DNA from: Eledone cirrhosa
Lineage: Eukaryota
NCBI GenBank assembly: GCA_964016885.1
Contig: OZ024744.1
Coordinates: forward strand, 25,482,001-25,546,000
DNA length: 64,000 nucleotides
Direction: 5' to 3'
Numbering within the stretch: position 1 is the first letter of the stretch; every line of letters begins with the position of its first letter. Of this stretch, positions 40,549 through 52,427 are shown piece after piece. Position numbers and translations under genes: made by a program. Below the pieces are notes generated by a model. The model had not been told where the DNA came from, made no database searches, and saw only the letters and a program-made list of their open reading frames with translations.

Positions 40549-40816
40549 ATAAATACATACATACATACATACATATAAACTCGTATAAACGTTTGAAGTA
40601 AGGCCAGTCCTTTGACGCCTCGTGTTTTCAAAAGGTATGGTCAAATGTGGGCCTATTTTCAACCATGCAACACGTTGGCAGAGAAGTATACAGTCCTGAT
40701 AATGACCCAGAATCATGTTTATTATTCCTCAAAGCCAGTGTTCTACAAACAGGTGACGATCGGTCACCGGCACGGCACAGCTTCTAATCGGAATCGTTTG
40801 CTTACAAACGAATCAA

Positions 40817-41012
40817 AAGGCGATGGATTGGCAGTATTGGAAGAGGGTCGGACGCCATTCTTTGCAGCAAAGAGTTACGTCCCTTTATGGTCTGAGTTCA
40901 AATCCCGCCGAGGTTAACTTTGCCTTTCATCCTTACAGGGTCGATAAAATAAAGCACCAGTAATACACTTGGATAATTGCTGTCCTTGTACCAAATCTAG
41001 AAACAATTATTA
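40817..41012 (+). mobile_element. tRNA-type SINE
   Basis: GAGTTCAAATCCCGCCGAGGTTAACTTTGCCTTTCATCC core. Confidence 0.8.
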
Positions 41013-41211
41013 ATGTTCGATCTAAATCATACCGTACGTATATATATACATGCATGCATACATTCAAACACGCGCATACATACATAGACACATACATACA
41101 TACATGCATGTATACATACATACATACATACATACATACATACATACATACATACATACATACACACATATATATACATACATATATACATATATACATA
41201 CATACATACAT

Positions 41212-41716
41212 CGAGGAAGAATATATTGAGACAGATGGCACTAAGGAATACTGGTGGAACCTGAAAATAAAAACTGCCACCAAATTAAAGCACAACCGGC
41301 CTGGTATTGTTGTTTGGGACCACACATTGAAAACGTATTCTGTTGTGGAGATCAGCTGCCCACTTGATGTAAACGTTGTCAGAAAAATACAGGAGAAGGA
41401 GGACATCTACGGACTACTGATGAGGAGTTTACAAATCCAGTATCCAAGATACACCTTTAGCTTCATACCCATCATTATTGGAGCTACGGGTTATATACCA
41501 ACCCGTTTGAACCAAAGTATGACTGAACTTGGATTTGCGGACAAAAAGCGCAGCTCCCTAATTCATAGTCTACAAATGGCTGCGATAGCTGGCACCTTCA
41601 ACATTTGCAAAACATTCTTGCGATTCAAGGGATGACAATTTATTTTCTTTTACAACCTTGCCACCAGGAAGGTGGCCGGTCAAAAAAAAAATACTCGAAA
41701 TTAAGAGAAAGAGATA
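41212..41716 (+). mobile_element. R4/Dong-like RLE retrotransposon, 5'-truncated (endonuclease domain + 3'UTR)
   Basis: WWNLKIKT..LKHNRPGIVVWD...VVEISCP...KEDIY..L...PIIIGATG; RPD mutated to RPG; stop at 41635; CATA repeats on both sides. Confidence 0.8.
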
Positions 41717-42059
41717 TGTATACATACATACAAGAAGCTCTTTTACAAATAAATAATATATCCAGAATGTAGTAATTACAGCATCTGCAAGGTTTAAACA
41801 TAACAGACAAATTTAGTTCTGAGTGTGAGATTGGAGATAATGAAAAAACGGTCGTAGATGATTTTTTCTTTATTTTATGTTAAGCAGATGTAAACATAAG
41901 TAAATAGCGATGTGGAATATGAAATGTGTAACTTAATAACAAACTTTAAAATGGTTCTTCCTTCCAACACTCTGTCAGATAACGATGTTGTTGTTGTTTT
42001 GCACAGGTCAACCCCGATGAAGAATATCAATGATGAAAGACATTCCACGTAGGTTCATC

Positions 42060-42545
42060 TTCATAAAAAGATGATTGCACATTCACACATTTTGATAAGA
42101 ATAATGCCACATTCTAATCACCAAAGACCTACATAATTTTTCCCAACCCTTTCTTAGCAATTCACAAAGCTGAATATAAACATTTCGTGAATCACACTAC
42201 ACAATTCACCTTCAGATTTAGCATGGGTGCATATAACGCAGCCGAACAAAGTGAATTAAACGGCATATTCCTACTTGAAGAAGCTCAAATCTAATTTCCT
42301 TCCATAAGTGTAGGTATTTATAGAAATGATGGCCAAATCATAAAAATGTAAGTACCATCTAATAGAGTGATTTAGATAGAAATTTTATGCCCCAATTCAA
42401 ACAACCTAAACATCAACACTCATCTTAAAATATTTAATACTACAGAAGTGATTTTAATCTTCACCTATTCGAAATGGTCAAGTTTTAAGAAACCTTACAA
42501 TATACCATTTGTTCTCAAAAGTAAACATTTTCCAATATAAACTAG
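42060..42545 (+). pseudogene. Highly decayed Penelope-like (PLE) reverse transcriptase fragment
   Basis: CTFTHFD...; from 42223 MGAYNAAEQSELNGIFLL..*..VGIYRNDG (cf. MGsyDGAEicELvG...GLYRDDG); then KKPYNIP..SKHFP (cf. KKPnntP..SnHPP). Confidence 0.55.
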
Positions 42546-42727
42546 GACATATTTTGGTTTTAAAATCGCCAACACCCATACACACACAATTATGCCCACA
42601 ACTCATACACACACGGCCACGTAATACCCTCAGCACACCACCCCTATTTCCAGACAGAATTCCCTACACAGAAATTGTAAATAATATATAATAAATAAAA
42701 TCGTTCATTTATATATAATAAATAATA

Positions 42728-43565
42728 TAATGGAAAAGAATAAAATGAAATTTCATTTCCCACTCTTAGTACGGCTGTTACTTAAATATAAGTATGTATA
42801 CGTACATACATATATGTATACAGACGTACAGTAGTATGTATATATGTACATACATGCACACATATATACATGTACGTATGGGTTTACCGAACATTTATTA
42901 TAATGGTCGGTTTCTTTGTAAACAAACAGCCCGAATTAAGCCGTACAGTGTTCGGCAAGCATCGTAGCCCTTTTGTTCAACACTGACACAGGAACGATGT
43001 ACTAGTTTCTAGCTTATTAGCTATCGTCAGCACCGTATACCTTCCTATCAGATGATTGAACGTTTGAAAGTATATACTTTCCTTGTGCATATTAACGGCT
43101 GAGCGGCCTAATTTGCATATCGAGTGAGTTAGTCGGCCGGGCATACAGAAAACGATAAATGGAAAAGAATAAAACGAAATTTCATTTCTCACTCTTAGTA
43201 TGGCTGATACTTAAATATAAGTATGTATACGTACATACATATATGTATACAGACGTACAGTATGTATATATATATACATACATGCACACATATATACATG
43301 TACGAACATTATAATAAATGTTCGGTAAACCCATACGTACATATATATATGTGTGCATGTATGTATGTACGGCTTAAATCGGGCTGTTTGTTTACAAACA
43401 AACCGAACATTATAATAAATGTTCGGTAAACCCATACGTACATGTATATATGTGTGCATGTATATATATATATACAGACGTACAGTAGTATATATACATA
43501 TATATATACATACTACTGTACGTATGTATACATATATGTATGTACGTATACATACTTATATTTAA
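42728..43565. mobile_element. 430-bp HHR-bearing unit with partial direct copy and fragmented inverted copies
   Basis: 42728 repeats at 43158; 43303-43565 is mostly reverse complements of parts of 42782-42946. Confidence 0.7.
42994..43036 (-). ncRNA. Minimal type I hammerhead ribozyme, canonical core (family 4)
   Basis: ACGGTG-CTGACGA-TAGCT(AATA)AGCTA-GAAA-CTAG-TA-CATCGT; ACTAGT palindrome; GUA site. Confidence 0.8.
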
Positions 43566-43573
43566 CATAATAT

Positions 43574-43905
43574 AGTTGTTTCTACTTTAGGCACAAGGCC
43601 AGCAATCACCCAGTGCATTACTGGTACTTTATCTTATCGACCCCGTAAGGATGAAAGGCAAAGTTAACCTCGGCGGGATTTGAACTAAGAATGGCAAGGG
43701 CCGTAACTATCCGTCAAAGCATGGCGTCCGACCTTCTACCGATACTGCCAATGTATAAATATCATATAGTTTTTATTTTACTATATTTATAAATAATTGT
43801 TTCTACTTTTGGCACTAGGCCAACAATTAACGCAGTGTATTACTGGTACTTTATTTTATCGACCCCGTAAGGATGAAAGGCAAAGTTAACCTCGGCGGGA
43901 TTTGA
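43574..43905 (-). mobile_element. Two SINEs (second truncated)
   Basis: ATCGACCCCGTAAGGATGAAAGGCAAAGTTAACCTCGGCGGGATTTGAA twice. Confidence 0.8.
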
Positions 43906-44923
43906 ATAATGAGTATCATTTGATATTTAATATGTTATTTATCATCTCTACCTCTCCATCACCCCCTCAGGTTTAGTGCCCTACCCCTGGACTTTCTCAA
44001 CCCAAGAGGAGGGGTGGGGTTGTAGCGTCCACTTTGAGAACCTCTGATCTATGGGAATTTCAGAAATAGTTTGGCTCATGATGCGCTGGTACGTACTGAG
44101 GCTGAACCATTTGCAGAATTTGCTGAATAACGGCAAAATTAAAATCATGTTACTGTTCATGCGAGACATCATTCAACAAGTAGCTTCTTTGAGCTAGGTA
44201 CAGCCCTGGGTCAAATGTAGATCGAGGTTAAGTATCTGGCATCAGGAGTATTGTCAAGCTTTCACTCTACTGTAACAGCTGTACGGTATAATCAGCAGAA
44301 GGCCAAGTCTCTCATTCATGTCGATGATTAAGAACAATTTCCAAGAGTGTTCAGTCTGGCAGTGTTATCGATAGATTTTACCAGTTCAAGATAAGCTCTA
44401 CAGGTAACAAAGAATCTGACTGCACATACTTTGATGAAATCATGTGACATGCACGGGTGCACAGGTATTGCCGTTTTCTGTGTTTAAGGCGATATCATGT
44501 GTGGCACAAATTCGATTATTAGTCAGGTCCATCATCATAACAATTAACAACAACCCTCATTAGGCAAGTAAGATCTGCTTGTCGTCTGCTAGGTGGATGT
44601 AACGAGGTAATTATTTGATGGAGAAAATTGAGAGTTGCGTGAACCAAGCCCTCATCAGTTTCTTCAACCTTTCTGTGAAGTGGGAGGTAATGTAAAAAGG
44701 AGATCTCTAGAAGAACTAGAAGTACGCAGTTGCCTTTGATGTTTCAATGAAGTCCCGCTCTGTATAAGGAGGAGGGGAGGGGGTAATTAACACATATAGC
44801 TGCTCAATATTTTGATACTTTCTTGTAATTTGACATCTCTATACTGTTAGTCATCCATTTATTAAGGTGTCTTGTTATTGTTATTGTTAATATCACACTT
44901 GTACCTAATTTAAATTTCAACTA

Positions 44924-45380
44924 TCTTCTTCTTCTTCTTCTTCTTCTTCTTCTTCTTCTTCTTCTTCTTCTTCTTCTTCTTCTTCTTCTTCTTCTTCTTC
45001 TTCTTCTTCTTCTTCTTCTTCTTCTTCCTGAGAGGGTCGTGGGGCCAGTGTCCTCAAACACTTCCTCCAGCGGATCCTGTCAGAAGTAACTGTCTCCAAC
45101 TGATCCGACTGGATCCCCAAACGTTACCAGCCAAGCTCATGGATGTTATCCAACCTTCTTGCCCCAGGTCTGCCCCCTGGGTCTCTTGCCGGTAGGTTTT
45201 TACCTGTAAAATCTGTCCAGCAATTCTTTACTGAGACATTCTAACCACGTGTCCACATTATCAAAGCTGTGATCTCTATATCCGGAGAAGTAGCAGGTCT
45301 ACCTGGAGTGACTCTCTCATCTCAGAGCTATGCACTTTATTGAGTAACGTTACTCCAAAGACTCTTCGGAGGAACCACTT
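44924..45380 (-). mobile_element. RTE 3' fragment with (GAA)n tail
   Basis: FLRRVFGVTLLNKVHSSEMRESLQV..LLLRI, CGHVVRM, DRIRWR..LAPRP, then (GAA)n 44924-45027. Confidence 0.75.
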
Positions 45381-45521
45381 TATTACAATAGTCAAAATCA
45401 TTATGTCCAGGATTGTATTTTTTAAAGCTTGTTTCAGTACTCTATAAATGTTTGGCTTTACTAGAATAATGCGCCCCTCCCCCCATACTATACTCAAACA
45501 AAATAATACCGCACTTTAACC

Positions 45522-46001
45522 CAGTGTTTCCCAACCTATGGCTGCGTCGCTAAAATGTGCCATGGCAAATATCAGGTGGACCACAGAAATTGTATAATGT
45601 TTACTGGGCCACCAAGGTAATATAGAGGCCATAGTTTATTGTATGGACCATATAGCTTTTATTGACTACTAGTCCTTAAACTAATTAAATTAGTAATTTT
45701 AATATATTTAAATTAAGAAAATTTACTAATTACTTAATATTTGCATAACTTTTAATTAGTCAGGCATTGAAAACACTTTTTTTTCTGACTGTAGACAGAA
45801 AATTACGCCATTTCAATTTTGAGTAAATCTTGTTCATTACACTTATAGTTGCTTGTGTGTGTCCAATAAAGACATAGTGATATCATTATTGGATATATTC
45901 TATGTAAAATAGATGTAATTGCTAACACTATAATTTCATGGCCACAGAAATATTCTGGGTTCAAAGAGGGCCATGAGCTAAAAAAAGGTTGGGAACCACT
46001 G
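45522..46001. mobile_element. hAT (Charlie-type) MITE
   Basis: TIRs CAGTGTTTCCCAACCT / AGGTTGGGAACCACTG (15/16); 8-bp TSD not preserved. Confidence 0.65.
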
Positions 46002-46647
46002 GTTTAGGTGACGACACAAGAGTTTTGTTGTCTAAGAAAATAGTTTTTCGTACGAGATAAAATACCAATAGTACTTACTGAATATTTGCCTACAGGTTAG
46101 ATCAATATGTGGTTTCCATTTAAGATTCTTTAAAGAGATAAGATTTCTATAAATTTAGAATAATCAACATGTTCAATTCTGTTAGCATCAAATTCAAGTA
46201 GTAAGAGTGTGTTAGGGGAAATATATTTAGTTGGAAAGATGTTGAGAACGAGGGAGAGAGAGACAAAAGACAGGAGAGAGAGAGAGAGAGGGAGAGATAG
46301 ATAGAGAGAAATAGATAGATAGAGAGAGAGAGATGGGAGAGAGAAAGAGAGACAGGATAGAGAGAGAGACGGGAGAGATAGATATGTTTCTTTTATTTGC
46401 CACCAGGGCATCAAAAGTGGGACAAGTACAATGGGGGGAGTTTACAAAACAAGGCGTCCTCAATAAAGAGGAGGCAATAACAAAATATAAAAATAAAATA
46501 AAATATAACAGAATAAAATTTATAATAAAATCCTCAATAGAGAGGAGGCGCCTTGGGAGGGTCGCACACATCCCCGAAAAAAAGTGTGCAACCCTTTTCC
46601 TCAGGAGCACAGAGAGGGGGTGCTCCCTTGATCTTTCATCTTCCTCA

Positions 46648-49600
46648 CTATAGTCTGATGTAGAGTGAAGGCCCATTCACACAGGCCATTCTCCCCATTT
46701 TCACTCATCTTTCAGAGAAACGGCTGGGGTGCAGCACCTCTCTCTCCATCCTGATCCTTCTTCCGAAATGATATCGGAAGAAACGGACCAGTTGTTGGCC
46801 AGAGAGAAAGGTGTCTGACCTCAGTCCTTTCAGACGCGTCCACCATACAACCTCTTTCGCCATGGCTATTACGCACAGAAACACCGCCTCTTCTTCGTTT
46901 TTGAAGAGGGGAGGCGGCTTGATCGTTACAATAGACTCGGTGGTCAACCGGATCGGTACCACCCTTGACAGCAGTTGTTCGACATAGCCCCACAGATCGG
47001 CAATGCCCGAGCAGTGTACCAATGCGTGTGCAACGGTTTCCTCGTCGCACACGCATCTGGGACAGATCTTTTTCGAGGGGTCCCTAATCGGGCGCCGGTG
47101 TCTGTAGAGCCTTTCTCGAACGGGCAGAGCCCTTCTGTAGCATTGCCAGGCCAGGGACCTCTGGAAGTTATCCATGGGTCCCGGGCTGAATGTCCTACCG
47201 AACAGGTTGGCCAGTTCGTCTTCCTCCATGCCTAGGGCTTCTCCGAGGGCTTCGTCACACCTGCTAACCACCAGCCCTCTATAGAATGACGAGGTGGATT
47301 CTCCACTGACAGCCGGGTCCGCCTGCCAGAGAGTCGTGAGCGCCTGGGCACACTCGGTGTGGCAGGCGCCCAGTTTTCTCGGTCTTTGCTTGACCCAGGA
47401 TTGCAGCTCGGTGAGTGAGACGAGTCTGGGAAAGGCTCGCCTCACAAACGGGGCCCACACCGGTTGACCGGAGAGGAATACCTGAAGGTGCCGTAGCCTT
47501 AATGCGTGTTTACGTATCATTAGCCACGGCAACCCCAGCCCTCCTTTCGAAGGGTGTTGATAGCAGATGGATCTCCTCATCATAGGATCCCACTTCTTCC
47601 AAAGGAATTGGAAGTGTGCGCGCTCCAGTTTGGCGAGCGTTGCCCTTGGGCAAGGCACAACGGTCAGGCGGTAGTAGATGACGGACGCTATATAAGGGTT
47701 CGCCACATCCGCGCGACCTTTCAGAGACAGTTTGCTCTCGGACCACTTCTGGGTCAGTACAAACACCCTGTTCGTTACCTCACCCCAGTTCTTCTCCACC
47801 TGGAGGTCTGGTCCGAACCAGACCCCGTCAACTTCACGGGGCCCTCCATCCAGCGCCCGACGACGCCATCGGATGGCATCGATCTGCCCCTCCACGTGCC
47901 GAGTTGCAGACCGATCGACTTGTCCCGGTTCAGCTTAGCCCCTGTAAACCTTTCGTACTCCTCCAGTAAGGTGCCGATCGCCCCGATTTCCGAGGCCGTC
48001 GACACCATTACTGTTACGTCTTCGGCATAGGCCGACACCGCTTTCCGCAATTCCGGTTCGAACGGGATGCCCTGCAATAACTTCCGCAGCAGTGGCTCTA
48101 GAGTCATTACATACGGAAGGGAGGAGAGAGGGCACCCCTGTCAGATGAACCGCGCGATTACGAACGGCTCCGAGAGGTAGCCGATCACCTTGACCCTAGA
48201 GCAGATGCGGCTGCTGTGCATGGCATTTATCCAGCCCCTGAAAACGGCTCCGAAGCCTGCCGCCGCTAGCACCGCATCCAGGTAACCATTGTCGACCCTA
48301 TCGAATGCCGTAGATTGATCCAAGTTGATCAGAGCCCCACCAAAGCCAGGTTCGTTCCCAACCCTCTCTATGATGTATCGCATGAGGCGGAGGTTGTCGT
48401 GGATGGACCTGGACGGGATAGCACATGTCTGCGCATCTCCCACCAGGTTACCCACGACAAGCGCCAACCTCTTTGCTAGCACCTTGGCCAAAATCTTTAA
48501 CTCTGTATTTAGCAGAGTTATGGGCCTGAAATTATTTATATCGTCCCCCATGTTCTCGTCCTTCCTCACTAGTGTGACTACGCCCTTGGTCACAGCACAG
48601 GGAATTCTCCCGTTCTGTTGCCAGTTGCAGTAGACCGCCTCGAGGAGATCGGGGAACAAGTCCGGCATAGCCAGATATAGTTCGTATGGAAGACCATCGA
48701 GTCCCGGGGATTTGCGTTTGGCGCATTGGCTCAGCATGTCCTCTATCTCAGCGGCTGAAATAGGCTCCTCGCAGGACTTCTCCTCCCTGTCCGAGAGACG
48801 CGGCAGGCCGTCGAGGTATGGACCGAAGTCCACATCCCCAACCGGCTCCCCGCCCCTTCCGAACAATCCGGCAAAGTGCTTTTGAAAAGCCTCGCACATC
48901 TGCTTAGGTTCAAGGATCACCCGTCCATCCTGGTCTCGCAAAGACCGGGTAGTAGATCTGCTCCCTCTTTTGGCTTTTGTCACGCGGGCCCAGCTAACAG
49001 CTTTGGTCCCCTCGTTTCCCAGAGCACGTATTTTGCTTCGGACGATGCAGCCTTCGTGCTTCGCGTCGAAGAACTGGCCCAGGGCCGTTTTCGACGCTAG
49101 CACTCTGGCCACGTCGCCGCTTCTAATTGCCTCTTCTACACTATCTACCAACTCCCTTTCCTTCCTATTTCTATTTGAGGCTAACTCCTTACTAAATTCT
49201 ATAGAGACTACTCTAATCTCCCTTTTGAGAGATCCCCACCACCTGCTGTTGACGATAGCGCCCGTCAACCGCTCCTTAACTAAAGTGCTAATCCGGTCCC
49301 TGTAAGCCTTACTTGCCGGTAAGGACAAGTTGAGCTTCCAGTAACCGGGTCCCTGTCTATGAGTTCTGTCAAGGTTGACCATGCAGGTCACTAACTTGTG
49401 GTGTGAATAGCCAACCATGCGCATTTTTGGACAACTTAAAAAGTCCTTATCCTTAATTCTAACTAAGAACCTATCTAGGTACGACCTAGATGATCCGCTA
49501 CGATTTGCCCAAGTCCAGGTTGGCGCAGTCGGAACATCTAGTTGATATCTATCGGCCAGGTCAAATCGACCGATTAACCCTTTGAGGCTATTACACCCCT

Positions 49601-50075
49601 TTCTATCGGGACAGGCCCCTACGTAGTCCCAGCGTGCATCTAGGATACCATTCCAGTCCCCCACTAATAGCAAGGAGCGGGACGTCCCTAGAAAAGTCTC
49701 CAGACGATGGAAGAAGTCCGGCCGCATTGACCCGAAAGGGCCGTAGGCGGCTACCAACCTAAACACTCCGCCTTTACCACTGCCAAGGTCCAGAACCACT
49801 AGTCGACCCTCCGGTCCAAATGTACGTCTGTGTTGCGAGACCCATATGTTTTGCAGCAGAACGACAACCCCACCCCCACCTCCGGGCTGACAGAGAGATG
49901 CGTGCATCTCAAAGTCATCAAAGGTGGGGGCCAGCTGTCGCACGTTGCTGATCCGGGCCTCGCAAATAACCATAACATCTATACGTTGTGACCTGAGGTC
50001 ATTTAGAAGCATTGCTTGCTTCCAAGTTGAGCCCAGGCCACGCGCATTTAAACAGCCTACTCTTAGCATGGCCAT
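46648..50075 (-). pseudogene. Copy C ORF2 (APE-RT-CCHC), frameshifted
   Basis: 652-aa, 110-aa and 396-aa pieces; SAYAEDV at the catalytic motif. Confidence 0.92.
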
Positions 50076-50099
50076 GTTGGTGGTGAAGAGAAAAGGCAC

Positions 50100-51892
50100 T
50101 TACCTCTCTGCGTCCCGGGTATCGGGCTGCACAATTTCCATTAGGGTGGGGGATGGTTGGTGGGTGGGGTGGTGGCTTGTGAAGGTGTAGGGGCATCAGT
50201 GTGTTGTGTGGTTGGGGAGTTTGGAGTTGTGTGGGTGTTTGGGGAGGGGGTGGGGTAGCTTTTTAGGAGGACGCGGTTAATGGGCCCGACGCAGGGGGGA
50301 CCCACGTCCTCTTTAAAGTTGTTTTTTAAAGTTTTATTTGTGTCCTGTGGGGCCTTAATCATTTTGAGGTGGGGGAAATCCCCTGCCTGGGTGAAGTTAG
50401 GCCCTTGGGTTTTTATTAGATTGTTGTTGTACACAATGTTTAACAGTTTTTTGTTTCTTGTGTTTATGTATGTGTATGCATGTTTTTGTTTTTGTGTGGT
50501 GTTTTTTGTTTGCTGTTGTTGTGAGCTCTTTTGTGTTGGTGTCAGTGTTATGTTTTGGGGAGGGGTTGTTTTCATTTGTGTGTCTGAGGTGTGTTTTCTT
50601 TTTTTTTCTTTTGATTGCGTGGAAGTGCTCCTCCTCGTCTGACGACGAACTGGGGTCATTTTCCGCGTTGGAGGGGAGGTGTATATTTTCGGGTTGTGTT
50701 TGCGGTGCGGGTGTTTAGGAAATTGTTTTTGTTTTTTGAGTGGGGGGTATGGGTTGGACATTGTTTTGTTTTGGTTTGAGCCGTGGTGGTTGTTTTTGTA
50801 GTGGTAGTTGTGGTGATTGTGTTGGTTGTGCAGTTGTTGGTGGTGTAGGCAGGATTGGGGTTTTCTTATTAAGTTGGGGACAGACAGCCCTCAGGTGACC
50901 TCTGGTTCCACAGAGGTAACACGAGGGCCGCCTACCCTCAACGGTAATGTTGATGAAAGTTTGATCATCCAGTATGACGCGTTCAGGGATCTGGGCCATC
51001 CTTTCGGGCCTCATTTGAACTACAAGTTCGAGGCTCGTTTCACTGAACGCGTCACCCGATGCCTTTCCCATGGACACCAGCGTGTCATCATCCAGGTCCA
51101 GGAAACCTGTCAAAAACCAACCATATGTCCATAATCGGCAGGATGGTGTGGATTTTTATTTTTTGTGTTCTTCTACCCATGTACGTAGGGTAGAAGGTGT
51201 ATGCGGTGGTTGTGATTGGTTTGATGGACAGTTTCACTGCTGTGTCCCTATCCTTCATGAGAATGGATAGACTCCCGTAGAGTCTATCCTTCTGAATGAA
51301 GGTGATGTCCTTCATGACGTCTTTTAAAACCAGCTCTATCTCACTCTGTGATGGTTGAGCTGGTTTTTTGCTTTTATTCGAGATTGTCCTAAACATGACA
51401 GTGTTTAGGAGTCTCTGGCTTTTTAGTTCCGGGGGGGGGGGGGGGGTCGTGAATGAACCATTTTCCCCGTACACTATATATTTTTTGGCATCTGCCAGTA
51501 GCTCCTTCGCTTTGGTTATATCTACTGGCAGATAGTCGAGGGTTTTCCTTGCCGTCTCGGCGAAGGAGAATTTTTTTTTTGTTTGTGTTGCTGTTGTAGT
51601 TGGTGGTGTTGTTGTTATCATTGTTGTTGTTATCACAGTTATTGGTCTTGTTGTTGTTGTTATTGTTATTGGTGTTGTTTTCGTCCGTCGCATTGTTGTT
51701 GTTGTTGCTGGTGCCGCTGGATCTTTGGTTTGTTGCCATGGCAACGTCAAGTTGTCGGTCAACAAGTGGAGAAAATCCTTCCTCTGGCTGACCTTTCTTT
51801 TTGACCTCTGCTACTGTGACAGTGGCAGGGGGAAGCTGTAAGCTTATCTTCCCCTTTCCTCCTTCGAATTTTGGTGAAGATGCTTCAGCCAT
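50100..51892 (-). pseudogene. Copy C ORF1 (gag-like, CCHC), frameshifted
   Basis: MAEASSPK..., poly-Asn, CYLCGTRGHLRAVC knuckle, ends DAER*. Confidence 0.85.
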
Positions 51893-52427
51893 TTTTATCA
51901 AAATAGGATTTTTCGAAATTTTTCGAAAGATTAAATTTTTACAACACTATTTCGCCTAAAGGTGTAGAATATTTTGAGAGACTGACCAGATCAAAGTTTG
52001 ACCTGGCAGTCTCTCTACAAAATGGTACAAAAATGAAAGTTTACAGTTCACAATTTCCAGATAAATTTAAACGAAACTTACCGAGCGAGCTCAGCACATG
52101 TGTCTATCCCAGATAGATAAATAGATAGATGGATGGATGGATGGATAGATAGATATGTTTCTTTTATTTGCCACCAGGGCATCAAAAGTGGGACAAGTAC
52201 AACGGGGGTAGTTTACAAAACAAGGCGTCCTCAATAGGGAGGAGGTAATAACAATATATAAAAATAAAATAAAATATAACAATAAAATAAAATGATAACA
52301 AAATCCTCAATAGAGAGGAGGCGCCTTGGGGGATCGCACACACCCCCGAAAAAAGTGTGCAACCCTTCTCCTCAGGAGCACAGAGAGGGGGTGCTCCCTC
52401 GTTCCTTCCTCTTTTCCACATACAGGC

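Larger units (their letters stand above)
46386..52110 (-). mobile_element. Tx1-clade copy C, full length (~5.7 kb), subfamily 2
   Basis: Complete 5'UTR-ORF1-ORF2-3'UTR; GA/GATA tract at the 3' end, (AGAT)n at the 5' end. Confidence 0.92.

Noticed and set aside
38831-41425. CTGATGA at 38831 and 41419
   Set aside because: Both encode Leu-Met-Arg in the RLE reading frame; no stem II-GAAA follows.
44200-44700. Possible very old RTE RT remnant and a minus-strand CTGATGA at ~44655
   Set aside because: Motif similarity too weak by eye; GCAA instead of GAAA and no helix III.
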